From assembly GCA_024644725.1 (NCBI GenBank), contig JAHEHE010000003.1, forward strand, positions 2,049-66,048: DNA of 64,000 nucleotides, written 5' to 3'. Numbering within the stretch: the stretch's first letter is position 1; the number at the start of each line of letters is the position of its first letter. A program made the position numbers and the translations under genes. The notes beneath the pieces are model-generated. The model was not told where the DNA came from. It made no database searches and saw only the letters and a program-made list of their open reading frames with translations. This document shows positions 54,993 through 64,000 of the stretch, one piece after another. The stretch is from Flavobacteriaceae bacterium. GTDB taxonomy: Bacteria; Bacteroidota; Bacteroidia; Flavobacteriales; Flavobacteriaceae.

Positions 54993-55550
54993 ATGACGGA
55001 AAAGGAAAAAATGCTGTCCGGTGAACTCTACAACGCAGCGGATCCGATATTGGTCAAAGAAAGGCATAAGGCCCGATTGTTGACACAAGAGATAAATTCT
55101 CTGAATGAAGATGCTAAAAAGGAGCGAAAACAGTTAATTCGCACCCTTATGCCAAAGGCCGGAAAAGGACTTTGGATAGAGCCTCCCTTCTATTGCGATT
55201 ACGGGTACAACATTCAAACCGGAAAGAATGTATTCTTCAACTTTAATTGCTGCGTACTGGACGTAATGCCTGTGAGCATTGGAAACGATGTGCTATTCGG
55301 GCCGAATGTACAAATCTATACGGCCACCCACCCCATGAAAGCCGAAGAACGAAAAACCTGGCTGGAATTTGCCAAACCCATCAGCATCGGCAATGATGTC
55401 TGGGTCGGCGGGGGAGCAATCATCTGCCCGGGAGTGACCATCGGTAACGGGGTCGTTATTGGAGCAGGTGCCGTGGTGACCAAATCGGTTCCCGACAATG
55501 TCTTTGTGGGCGGCAATCCGGCCCGCATCATCAAGGAAATAGACAATTGA
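54993..55550 (+). CDS. maa: Sugar (maltose-type) O-acetyltransferase
   Basis: EKEKMLSGELY, PPFYCDYG and hexapeptide repeats ending GNPARII. Confidence 0.9.
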   Translation: MTEKEKMLSGELYNAADPILVKERHKARLLTQEINSLNEDAKKERKQLIRTLMPKAGKGLWIEPPFYCDYGYNIQTGKNVFFNFNCCVLDVMPVSIGNDVLFGPNVQIYTATHPMKAEERKTWLEFAKPISIGNDVWVGGGAIICPGVTIGNGVVIGAGAVVTKSVPDNVFVGGNPARIIKEIDN

Positions 55551-55570
55551 TTCAATATAAAATCATAACT

Positions 55571-55578
55571 TAGCTTTG
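55571..55578 (+). promoter_or_regulatory. -7 element (TAGCTTTG) of the MMPL operon
   Basis: Exact TAnnTTTG 17 nt before GTG 55596. Confidence 0.55.
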
Positions 55579-55595
55579 CGTTATCGAGCACACCC

Positions 55596-57887
55596 GTGAA
55601 GGTCAATACAATTTCCGAAAAAATCATTGCTTTCAAATGGCCCATCATCGTATTGGTGTCGGTGCTAACCCTTGTTCTGGGTCTACAGATCCGAAACTTA
55701 AGAATTGACGCAGATGTCTTGAGCTCCCTTCCGGACTCAGACCCCGATGCACTGCTCATGCGTCAGATCGGTCAGAATTTCGGAGGAAATCGAATGGGCA
55801 TTGTCATCCTGGAGACTGACAACATTTACAGGACGGAAGTTATAGAGCATATCCGCATCCTGACCGACACCATCGAAAGGATAGACGGCATTTCCTCGGT
55901 CTCAAGTCTCAGCAATATCATCAATATAAAAGGAGGTGATTCAGGCATCGAAATCGGGCAGCTGGTAGATGAATACAAACTCCCCGAAACCGAAGAGGAA
56001 TTCAACCTGCTCCGGGAGAACATCCAGTCAAATGCCATGTACAAGGGCTCTATCGTCTCTGAGGATGAGACCTCCTGCCTGATTGTTTTCACCCTTCAGG
56101 ATGACGCCAACGTAAATGTTGTGGCTCAACAGGTCATTGATAAAACTACTGCATTGGAGTTGCCCGAAAAGCTCTACTACATCGGATCCCCGATGCTGAT
56201 CACCTACATCGCACAATTGATGAAAAAGGATTTGAGCGGCCTGCTTCCTGTGGCATTGATTCTTATTGCACTCATTCTCTTTGTGAGCTTCAGAACCTGG
56301 AACGGGGTGATTCTACCGTTGTTAACGGCCATTGTCTCGATCATCTGGACCCTGGGACTCATGGCCCTGTTGGGCTTCAGCATGTCGATGATCTCAAACA
56401 ACATACCCATGATCCTGCTGGCCGTGGGAAGCGCATACGCGATTCACGTGGTGAACCGGATACAGCTGCTGCAAAACCAGGGAAACCCCTTCCCGGTCAA
56501 AGCTGCCCTGAGCTATGTCATGATTCCTGTCATTCTCGCCGCAGTTACGACGGCCATCGGATTTGTCTCCTTCATCTTCGGAGCCTACCTGGAAATGATC
56601 AAAGAATTTGGAATTTTTACGGCTGTCGGAACCTTCGTCGCCTGCCTGCTTTCCATCTTTTTCGTCCCGGCAATTCTGGAAGTTTCCGGGAGAAAACTGA
56701 AACGCGGGGAGGTTTCGGAGAGCGCTCGGAATGAAATTTTACAGAACAAGGCCTGGTCAGACCGCTTTTTAAGACCGCTGAAATCTTTCCTGATGAAGCA
56801 TCCAAAGCAAATTCTTGTGACCTGGTGCCTTGTCATCCTGTTTAGTTTGTTTGGAATTTTCTTTATAAAGAGGAGCGTAGACATCCAGGATTATTTCAAA
56901 AAAGGAAACCCAACCCGACAGGCCGAACGCATCATGGTCGAGAAATTTGGTGGAACCAAACCCGTTTTTGTCCACTTCAGGGGAAACATGCAGGATCCCT
57001 GGGTCTTGAATACCATGATGAGAGCCAGCGCCTACATGGAGGAGAGCCCTGACATTTACACCTCCATGTCTGTGGCCAAGCTTATTGCGGAGATCAACCT
57101 GGCCATAACCGGAAATCGTGAGGTTCCTGGAGAAGAGGATATGATACAGCAATTGTGGTTCCTCCTTGACGGCAACGAGGTCATGCAACGCTTCGTAAAC
57201 GAGGATCTGACCGAAGGGATTATCATCTCCAAGTTCAAATCTCCTGACAACAAGTCAAAAAAGGAATTTGCCGCTTACATGCAAAAATTTATAGACTCGA
57301 ATTCCAAAGAAGAATGTGAGATTCAGATCACCGGAATGCCCTTTGTCGACATCACCATGGATCAGAGTCTTGTCAACAGCCAGATCGGAAGCATCAGCAT
57401 CGCCATTGTCTTTGTTATTCTGATCGTGGGTCTGATTCTTCGATCCCTTAAAAGTGGTGTTTATGCCGCATTGCCGATCATTGCCGCGATTCTCATTCTT
57501 TTCGGGCTAATGGGGCTGACCGGCATCTCACTGAATATGGCAACCGTGCTCGTTGCCAGCGTTGCTCTGGGTATTGGCATTGATTATTCGATACATGTCA
57601 TCTCCCATTTCAACCAGGCCTATGCGTACACCGAAGACCTGGATCACGCTATTGACGAAGCCGTGATCGTGAGCGGAAGGGCAATTGTCATCAATGTGAT
57701 TTCGGTCTCAGCGGGATTTCTGGTCCTGGTCTTTTCGGAAATGGTACCCCTGCAATACTTTGGCATATTGATTGCGATCAGCATGTTCAGCTCGTCATTC
57801 GGTGCCCTGACAATGCTCCCGGCCATTTTGATCCTCTCAAAAAAGAAATCCAATCCTGAAAAAAAGAAAATCAAAGAAAAATCCTGA
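55596..57887 (+). CDS. MMPL/RND family transporter
   Basis: Two repeats of TM + periplasmic domain + 5 TM; GSAYAIH and GIGIDYSIH. Confidence 0.92.
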   Translation: MKVNTISEKIIAFKWPIIVLVSVLTLVLGLQIRNLRIDADVLSSLPDSDPDALLMRQIGQNFGGNRMGIVILETDNIYRTEVIEHIRILTDTIERIDGISSVSSLSNIINIKGGDSGIEIGQLVDEYKLPETEEEFNLLRENIQSNAMYKGSIVSEDETSCLIVFTLQDDANVNVVAQQVIDKTTALELPEKLYYIGSPMLITYIAQLMKKDLSGLLPVALILIALILFVSFRTWNGVILPLLTAIVSIIWTLGLMALLGFSMSMISNNIPMILLAVGSAYAIHVVNRIQLLQNQGNPFPVKAALSYVMIPVILAAVTTAIGFVSFIFGAYLEMIKEFGIFTAVGTFVACLLSIFFVPAILEVSGRKLKRGEVSESARNEILQNKAWSDRFLRPLKSFLMKHPKQILVTWCLVILFSLFGIFFIKRSVDIQDYFKKGNPTRQAERIMVEKFGGTKPVFVHFRGNMQDPWVLNTMMRASAYMEESPDIYTSMSVAKLIAEINLAITGNREVPGEEDMIQQLWFLLDGNEVMQRFVNEDLTEGIIISKFKSPDNKSKKEFAAYMQKFIDSNSKEECEIQITGMPFVDITMDQSLVNSQIGSISIAIVFVILIVGLILRSLKSGVYAALPIIAAILILFGLMGLTGISLNMATVLVASVALGIGIDYSIHVISHFNQAYAYTEDLDHAIDEAVIVSGRAIVINVISVSAGFLVLVFSEMVPLQYFGILIAISMFSSSFGALTMLPAILILSKKKSNPEKKKIKEKS

Positions 57888-57888
57888 C

Positions 57889-58665
57889 ATGATGAATCCC
57901 ATGGTATCCGTTACGAAAAATTTTAAACCCGCTCTCTGTTTTCTGCTCTTCTTTGTCATCCTGAACCCATCAATGAAAGCCCAGAGCGCCAGTGAACTTC
58001 TCATCTCTATGGATGAACTCATGTCGGCCCCACAGGACAAAGAGGCCAAGGTCAAAATGGTTTTGACAGATAAATCCGGAAAGGAAAAGGTCCGTGAAGC
58101 CGTTTTGATTCAAAAGGGACGATACAAGAAGCTGTACAGGTACACCCAGCCCGAAAAGCAGGCCGGGATTGCCACCCTGTCTCTCCCGGACGACAAGATG
58201 TGGATGTATATGCCTGCCTTCGGAAAACCGATCAAAATCTCCTTATTGAGCAAAAGCCAGGCCTTCACCGGAACGGACTTCTCCTACGAAGACATGACGG
58301 GAACCTCCTACAGCGACAGGTTCACCCCGGGTATCGTGGAAAATCCAAATCCCGACATCGTTCAACTGGAACTGATGCCCATGTCGATGAAATCCAGGTA
58401 TTCAAAGATCATCGTCTACCTGAACCGCAAACACAGGTATCCTGAAAAAATGGAATACTTTGACGACAATAAGGAATACTTCAAATTCGCGACCTACAAA
58501 TATGTCAAGCAAGGAAAGTACTGGTATGCACAGGAAGTGATTATGACCGACATTAAAAAAGAGCATTCGACAAGCATCTTTTTAAGTGACATGAAATTCG
58601 ACCAGGGAATCTCAGACGATATTTTCACCGTAGAGAACCTGGCGGCCGGTAAGAGTTCCGAATAA
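57889..58665 (+). CDS. Outer membrane lipoprotein-sorting (LolA-like) protein
   Basis: Signal peptide, MWMYMPA, FTGTDFSYEDM and FTVENL; starts 1 nt after the MMPL stop. Confidence 0.85.
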   Translation: MMNPMVSVTKNFKPALCFLLFFVILNPSMKAQSASELLISMDELMSAPQDKEAKVKMVLTDKSGKEKVREAVLIQKGRYKKLYRYTQPEKQAGIATLSLPDDKMWMYMPAFGKPIKISLLSKSQAFTGTDFSYEDMTGTSYSDRFTPGIVENPNPDIVQLELMPMSMKSRYSKIIVYLNRKHRYPEKMEYFDDNKEYFKFATYKYVKQGKYWYAQEVIMTDIKKEHSTSIFLSDMKFDQGISDDIFTVENLAAGKSSE

Positions 58666-58671
58666 TCGAAT

Positions 58672-59358
58672 TCACCGAATGAAGTCATAGGACTTTCCCT
58701 GGTACTTCTCCTCTCCCATGGCCTCTCGAAGCCCCTGGAGGGTGTGATACGGGGTGTCCCCGGCAAACATGTTCGCCATCCAGGCAGGAATGTTTCCTCC
58801 GGGATCCATTTGCATTTGAAATGTAATCTCCAGTTTTCCGTCGTCCAAATCTCGAACAACCCATGAGCCATAGCCCTCCATTCGGACCAGGTTGTCCTTC
58901 TCGGGAATCAGGTCCTCAGGCATTTTGATTTCAACAATCAGTGTTCTTTCTTTGGCGTTCCATTTGAAATTATTGAGATAAACACCGTCCCGATTCTTAT
59001 ACGGAAAAGGAGCCTTGGCCTCTGAGTAGTATACCTGCACTGTATCGGCCTCGCGACTGATAAGAGAGGCACTTTTTACATTGTAGCCCCAGGAAGACAA
59101 ACCTTCTATGTCGTATAGAACAGAGATAAACTGATCCAGGGTGCCCTTGACGATCACGCTGGATTTGAATTCCTTGAAATTCATGCCCGGATTGCTTCGG
59201 GTGAAGACCGTGATCCCTTCCTTCTGTCGAATCTGCTTCCATTCTTGCCGGCTATTCACATCTTTTTCCTGGGAATGTGCCCCAAAGTTCATGCTGAGTA
59301 GCACGATTATAAAAACAACAAACCATTTTGGAAGCAGCAATCTCTTAGTGGCATTCAT
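58672..59358 (-). CDS. START/SRPBCC lipid-binding domain protein with signal peptide
   Basis: EGITVFTR, APFPYKNRD, VRM, DPGGNIPAWMAN; hydrophobic N-terminus. Confidence 0.85.
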   Translation of the reverse strand: MNATKRLLLPKWFVVFIIVLLSMNFGAHSQEKDVNSRQEWKQIRQKEGITVFTRSNPGMNFKEFKSSVIVKGTLDQFISVLYDIEGLSSWGYNVKSASLISREADTVQVYYSEAKAPFPYKNRDGVYLNNFKWNAKERTLIVEIKMPEDLIPEKDNLVRMEGYGSWVVRDLDDGKLEITFQMQMDPGGNIPAWMANMFAGDTPYHTLQGLREAMGEEKYQGKSYDFIR

Positions 59359-60479
59359 GAATTGTCCTTGTTTTTATATCCCCATTCGGCAAAGGCAAAG
59401 CCCCACTCCTTTTGAATCCTCTCTTGCAGTTCCGGGGCTACTTCATGCCGATTCTTCTGGTAACTTTTCATGCGATCGACATATTGCTGAAAGTAAGATT
59501 CAGCCTGCTCGTAACCTTCGAGCTCAAGGGCATTGTAAATCTCGCGGGTCACACCCATGGGATCCTTCTCCAGATCCTCAAACGATACTTCCACCAGCTG
59601 CCCCTCTGGAACAAGAGAGCGCTGTTTCAGGTAGTCCTTCATCAACATTTTGTAGATTTCAAAAATATCTTCGTTGAGCTGCTCCTGGTCAATGGTTTGT
59701 AACTGCAGGTGCGGCATCATTTTGCGAAAGAAGTTCTGTGTTGACAGGTATACCTCGACAGGATTTCTGTGGATATGGATGAATTTGGCCTCCGGGTAAG
59801 TTTCCAACAAGAACCGGATTCTTCCCGTGTTCGGTGGATTCTTTGACAGAAAGCGGTCCCCGCCCGTATCACGAATGGCCTTTGCGACAAGTAGCTTATA
59901 GTCGGAGCGCCAGGATTCCCTTCGTCCATCTGAAATACCCAACATCCTTATGCAACGATCGTAGTATTCTCGCATTCGACGCGGGAACATCCAGAAGTAG
60001 TAGTAGCAAACCGGGGTCTTGTCTCCCAGGGCAAACTCTTCCTCCTGAGGCAGGCGGGTACCCAGAGTCACATTGTCTCCCTTACGGGTTCCGGGAATCA
60101 ACAATCGAGCAAATCCCTCAAAAATGAATCGACCCAACCAGGAGAAGAGGGTGTCGGGGAAAACACTCTGGAAAGTGCTTGCATACGCCATCCTCGGGTC
60201 TTTGCAAAGAAGATTGTGCAGGTGCGTGGTCCCACTCCGCCAGTGACCCAGGATAAATATCGGAGGATGGTCCAATTCAGTTTTCGCCATTCGTGGATTG
60301 ACCACAATTCGCTCATAGATCCGGAAAGGCAGATTGACCAGGTTGATGATCAGGGTGATCAAAAGGCGCGGAATGTATCTCAAAGACACCCTGTTTCGAA
60401 TGAGGAGGGAACCCATGATGGGCAGTGAATATCCGACAGCCGGGGGTAACAGGAATCCTTTTTTTCTCTTTTCCGCCAT
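59355..60479 (-). CDS. PAPS-dependent sulfotransferase (family 3, Stf3-like)
   Basis: PPIFILGHWRSGTTHLH, PQEEEF, LSKNPP and FIHIHRNP. Confidence 0.88.
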   Translation of the reverse strand: MAEKRKKGFLLPPAVGYSLPIMGSLLIRNRVSLRYIPRLLITLIINLVNLPFRIYERIVVNPRMAKTELDHPPIFILGHWRSGTTHLHNLLCKDPRMAYASTFQSVFPDTLFSWLGRFIFEGFARLLIPGTRKGDNVTLGTRLPQEEEFALGDKTPVCYYYFWMFPRRMREYYDRCIRMLGISDGRRESWRSDYKLLVAKAIRDTGGDRFLSKNPPNTGRIRFLLETYPEAKFIHIHRNPVEVYLSTQNFFRKMMPHLQLQTIDQEQLNEDIFEIYKMLMKDYLKQRSLVPEGQLVEVSFEDLEKDPMGVTREIYNALELEGYEQAESYFQQYVDRMKSYQKNRHEVAPELQERIQKEWGFAFAEWGYKNKDNS

Positions 60480-60485
60480 CTTTCT

Positions 60486-61022
60486 CTACCAGGTGTATTC
60501 CGGCGGATCAATATTGTTCATTCTCAAATAGAGATTGGATTTAGCCCGGTGATTGGCCATGTGATCCTGAACATAGAAAAACGCAAAAGCCCTGCTAACC
60601 GTATTGCCACTGTGATACATGACACAAGTCTCGTCAAGTTGTTCTTGCTCGATGGTGTAGATCACATCGGTGGTATAATCAAAAGCTTCTTCAAGCAATG
60701 TGAGAATTTCCTGCTTGCTCATTTTAGAGGCGTCCGGAGTGTTTGGCTTGACATCCATGCCCTGGACATATCTTTGGGTCAGCAAGGGAATCGTATGTGC
60801 TATATGCACCATTTGTTCACCGAAGGTCTTACTCACCTCCGTGGGCTTGTAGGCATACTTTTCTTCCGGCATGGCTCGTGCCACATCCATGCAATGATCC
60901 CGGGCCTCGATCCATACGGGGAGGTACATCTTCGTGAAATCTGTTTCGGGCTCCTTTTCTTTCTGTGCGGTCGCTGTGAATACGGCAAGAAAAATAAGGG
61001 CAAGGGCAGTTTTGTATTTCAT
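60486..61022 (-). CDS. Secreted DinB family protein
   Basis: Signal peptide, MPEEKYAYKP, GEQMVH and DHMANHR His triad. Confidence 0.85.
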   Translation of the reverse strand: MKYKTALALIFLAVFTATAQKEKEPETDFTKMYLPVWIEARDHCMDVARAMPEEKYAYKPTEVSKTFGEQMVHIAHTIPLLTQRYVQGMDVKPNTPDASKMSKQEILTLLEEAFDYTTDVIYTIEQEQLDETCVMYHSGNTVSRAFAFFYVQDHMANHRAKSNLYLRMNNIDPPEYTW

Positions 61023-61052
61023 GTTGATTGTTGATTTTATGTGAGAAGAACC

Positions 61053-61400
61053 CTATCGCTTCACCAGCTTTTTAGTTATGTGGTGCTCGTTCGAATAGAT
61101 CTTGATCATGTAAATCCCCGAATCCAGGTCGCCGAGGTATATCCTTGAAGGATTCTTGGGAACATCCTTGAGCTTTTGTCCTAAGAGACTGAAAACCTCA
61201 ACATGTGTAATCGGAATGGAGGACTGCAGGTTGACGTAATGCTGAACCGGGTTCGGAAACATCTTCACTGCCTGGTTGAGTTTGAAACTGGTCATTTCTT
61301 CCTGCACAGACGCGGATTCCTGAAGCTCAGTCTGCGCAGAGCAAACGGCAGACAAACCAAACAAAAAGAAAAAAAGAAAGACAGTGTAATGTTTCTTCAT
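61053..61400 (-). CDS. Small protein consisting almost only of a T9SS type A C-terminal domain
   Basis: Signal peptide, then MFPNPV...FSLLGQ...LDSGIYMIKI...KKLVKR. Confidence 0.85.
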   Translation of the reverse strand: MKKHYTVFLFFFLFGLSAVCSAQTELQESASVQEEMTSFKLNQAVKMFPNPVQHYVNLQSSIPITHVEVFSLLGQKLKDVPKNPSRIYLGDLDSGIYMIKIYSNEHHITKKLVKR

Positions 61401-61425
61401 ACGTTCATCGCTTCACAACTCAAGG

Positions 61426-61433
61426 CAAAATTA
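61426..61433 (-). promoter_or_regulatory. -7 element (TAATTTTG) upstream of the T9SS-CTD/DinB/sulfotransferase/START genes
   Basis: Exact TAnnTTTG on the minus strand 25 nt before ATG 61400. Confidence 0.55.
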
Positions 61434-61522
61434 TAAAACTTCCATCTCAAATGATTCGGTGCTCAAAAGTTTTTATTAACTATTTTACAAGAGTAAGGAC
61501 TATTTCTATGACGTTAAGTTAC

Positions 61523-61553
61523 AAAAAAAATGCCAGGCTTTTAAGCCTGGCAT
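61523..61553 (-). terminator. Intrinsic terminator of the lipoprotein gene
   Basis: ATGCCAGGCTT/AAGCCTGGCAT inverted repeat with a U-tract on the minus strand. Confidence 0.85.
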
Positions 61554-61595
61554 CCTAAAGAACTTGCAGAGATTAAGTCTATTTAAACTTAGGGT

Positions 61596-62099
61596 TTAAA
61601 AGGCGCAAATCTCAATGTTGTCAATGTCATCCTGGTTGGCGAAAAGGATCACGATATTTTCTTCATCCAACTCCCCGTTCTCGTAATCCTCGTTGGTTAC
61701 CGTGAGGACATTCTGAGAAATTGTAAGCGTTACTATGGTGTATTCGTCATTGCTCTCGTCCACCCGGATTACGAGTTTGTTCTCTGTGTTTTCGAGTATT
61801 TCAGGCGTACCGTCGTCTTCAACAGACTGATAGACGTAACAGCTGTTGGCCAAAAAGGTCAACCAGAGTTCGAAGGGGTTGGCCTGCGAATCGTTTATTT
61901 TCAAATAGAGAACGGTATCGGAATTGGGATCCTGGAATTTCCATTGGGTCTCGCCGTGCTTATCCAAAAAGGAAACCATATTATCATCGTCATCATCATT
62001 ACAGGATACGACGGCAAATATCATCAATAGAGTAAAGCTGAGTACCTTCAAAGTCCGGAAGGAAGCCTCAAGTGTGTGCGGTAAGATTTTCATAGTCAA
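61596..62099 (-). CDS. Hypothetical lipoprotein, probably surface-exposed
   Basis: Lipobox VVSC followed by the acidic NDDDDD export-type signal; start uncertain. Confidence 0.75.
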   Translation of the reverse strand: MTMKILPHTLEASFRTLKVLSFTLLMIFAVVSCNDDDDDNMVSFLDKHGETQWKFQDPNSDTVLYLKINDSQANPFELWLTFLANSCYVYQSVEDDGTPEILENTENKLVIRVDESNDEYTIVTLTISQNVLTVTNEDYENGELDEENIVILFANQDDIDNIEICAF

Positions 62100-62220
62100 T
62101 TTGTTTCTACCTGTCTTAACGTTTCAAAACCCAATTAATTGTGGTTCGGAAGAAGAATTACAATTGTCTGACGAATTGTCACAGAATCAACTTTGGCCCG
62201 ATATTCGACTAAATTTACGC

Positions 62221-63957
62221 ATGAGTAAAAAAAATGTGTCCTTCGCCTGGGCTGCCAAAGAGTTCATATGGCCCCGAAAAAAAATAGTGTTCATAGGTTT
62301 GATCCTCATTGTGATGCGCAGTCTGGCAGGACTCGTGTTGCCTTATGCCACCAAAAGCCTTATAGATGAAATCATTCCGTCACAAGACATGCAAGCCCTT
62401 TGGCTCCTTCTGGCTGCCGTCTTGACTGCCATCATCATTCAGGCCGTCAGCTCTTTCTCGCTGACGCGACTTCTCAGCGTGGAGGCCCAACATCTGATCT
62501 CGTTGCTTCGGGCCAAGGTTCAAAAGAAAATCCTCACCTTACCCATTCGCTTCTTCGACAACAACAAATCCGGGGCACTGGTCTCACGCGTGATGACCGA
62601 CGTTGAAGGGGTTCGAAACATAGTGGGAACCGGTCTGGTTCAACTCATCGGCGGGTCACTGACATCGGTGATCGCTCTTGTCATTCTGATCAAGATCAAC
62701 GCGACCATGACCTTCTTCGTATTGGTTCCCGTTGCCATTTTCGCCGTGATAGCCCTAAAGGCATTTGGCTATATCCGACCGATCTTCAGGGCCCGTGGAA
62801 AGATAAATGCGGAGGTAACCGGGCGTCTTACCGAAACGCTCAACGGTATTCGCGTAATCAAAGGCTTCAATGCCGAAGAGCAGGAAAACCGAATTTTTGA
62901 AGCTGGTGTTGAGCGCCTGTTTCTCAATGTCAAAAAGAGTCTGACGGCCACTGCACTGATGACAAGCTCATCCACGTTTCTGCTGGGGCTCGCATCTACA
63001 GGTATCATGGGAATTGGAGGGTTTTTTATCATGGATGGAAAAATGACCTATGGGGAATTTGTCTCCTTCACCCTCTTCCTGGGCTTCATGATCGCTCCGA
63101 TTGTCCAGATGAGCAATATTGGCAGTCAGCTCACCGAGGCCTTGGCGGGCCTTGACAGGACGCAGGAGCTCATGGAGATGGATGAAGAAGACGATCCCGA
63201 GGTACGCGTCCAAAGAATTGAAAAAATCCATGGAGACATCGTCTTTGACAACGTCTCCTTCAGCTATGAAGAAGGCAAGGAAGTCTTGCACGACATAAAC
63301 TTTACGGCACCCTCAGGCAGCGTTACGGCTCTTGTTGGCTCCTCGGGGTCCGGTAAATCAACAATCGCAGGTCTTGCAGCGACTTTTCTCAATCCGGATT
63401 CCGGGAAGGTGTTGCTCGATCAGACAGACCTCTCGAAGGTTAACCTGAGCAGCTATCGCTCCCAACTTGGGGTTGTGCTCCAGGATGATTTCCTCTACGA
63501 GGGGAGCATTAAGGAGAATATTCTGTTTCCGAGGCCGGATGCCAGTGAGGAAGAGCTTATGGCAGCTGTTGAAGGCGCTTATGTCCATGAGTTCACGGAT
63601 CGTTTCGAAGACGGATTGGAAACCGTCATCGGGGAACGGGGCGTCAAGTTATCCGGAGGACAACGCCAGCGGATTTCGATTGCGCGTGCACTTCTTGCCA
63701 ATCCGAAGATCATTATTCTCGACGAGGCCACGTCCAATCTGGATACGGAAAGCGAGACCTTTATCCAGAAGAGTCTTCAGACGCTCATGAAGGATCGGAC
63801 CACTTTTGTCATTGCCCACCGCCTGAGCACGATTCAGAAGGCTGATCAGATTCTGGTCATTGAAAACGGCCGGATTGCAGAGCAGGGCAAACACGAAGAA
63901 TTACTCGCCCTGAAAGGACGATATTACGATCTGTACACCTATCAGAGCAGAATTTAA
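62221..63957 (+). CDS. ABC transporter, fused permease/ATPase (MsbA/MdlA-like)
   Basis: Six-TM domain, GSSGSGKS, LSGGQRQR, LDEATS and IAHRLST; start at ATG 62221. Confidence 0.93.
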   Translation: MSKKNVSFAWAAKEFIWPRKKIVFIGLILIVMRSLAGLVLPYATKSLIDEIIPSQDMQALWLLLAAVLTAIIIQAVSSFSLTRLLSVEAQHLISLLRAKVQKKILTLPIRFFDNNKSGALVSRVMTDVEGVRNIVGTGLVQLIGGSLTSVIALVILIKINATMTFFVLVPVAIFAVIALKAFGYIRPIFRARGKINAEVTGRLTETLNGIRVIKGFNAEEQENRIFEAGVERLFLNVKKSLTATALMTSSSTFLLGLASTGIMGIGGFFIMDGKMTYGEFVSFTLFLGFMIAPIVQMSNIGSQLTEALAGLDRTQELMEMDEEDDPEVRVQRIEKIHGDIVFDNVSFSYEEGKEVLHDINFTAPSGSVTALVGSSGSGKSTIAGLAATFLNPDSGKVLLDQTDLSKVNLSSYRSQLGVVLQDDFLYEGSIKENILFPRPDASEEELMAAVEGAYVHEFTDRFEDGLETVIGERGVKLSGGQRQRISIARALLANPKIIILDEATSNLDTESETFIQKSLQTLMKDRTTFVIAHRLSTIQKADQILVIENGRIAEQGKHEELLALKGRYYDLYTYQSRI

Positions 63958-64000
63958 CATTAAATCTTTGTTAAGAGCTGAAAACTAACCTTTTCTTTAA

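Noticed and set aside
61924-62220. 99-aa N-terminal extension of the ABC transporter in the ORF track
   Set aside because: It overlaps the opposite-strand lipoprotein gene; ATG 62221 gives a normal-length protein. Similar over-extensions were trimmed at 4966, 5999, 6934, 24180 and 42336.

Overview
This is a gene-dense chromosomal window from a Bacteroidota genome, probably a Flavobacteriaceae member. Support: a T9SS C-terminal domain, SusC-type domains, TAnnTTTG -7 promoter boxes and an acidic lipoprotein export signal. I saw no rRNA, tRNA, CRISPR array, integrase or transposase. All family assignments come from motifs I recognised by eye, not from database searches. Four blocks stand out. 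(1) 4.0-16.8 kb: two convergent operons plus a divergent AraC regulator appear to catabolise all three collagen-type modified residues (4-hydroxyproline, 3-hydroxyproline, 5-hydroxylysine). They include a kinase + M23 peptidase + PLP phospho-lyase fusion and an embedded aldose 1-epimerase. (2) 30.5-46.8 kb: a dual [NiFe]-hydrogenase island with a membrane-bound group-1 enzyme (six-Cys O2-tolerance signature) and a soluble NAD-linked Hox enzyme with HoxU fused to HoxY. One hypABCDEF set is split between the two divergent operons, and Crp/Fnr-like boxes sit in the promoters. (3) 46.8-52.0 kb: a K+ channel/HlyD/DUF2955/OMF/AI-2E operon. (4) 55.6-61.4 kb: MMPL + LolA-like genes converging on a START + Stf3-like sulfotransferase operon, a candidate lipid sulfation and export system. 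The rest is ordinary housekeeping or conserved flavobacterial content.
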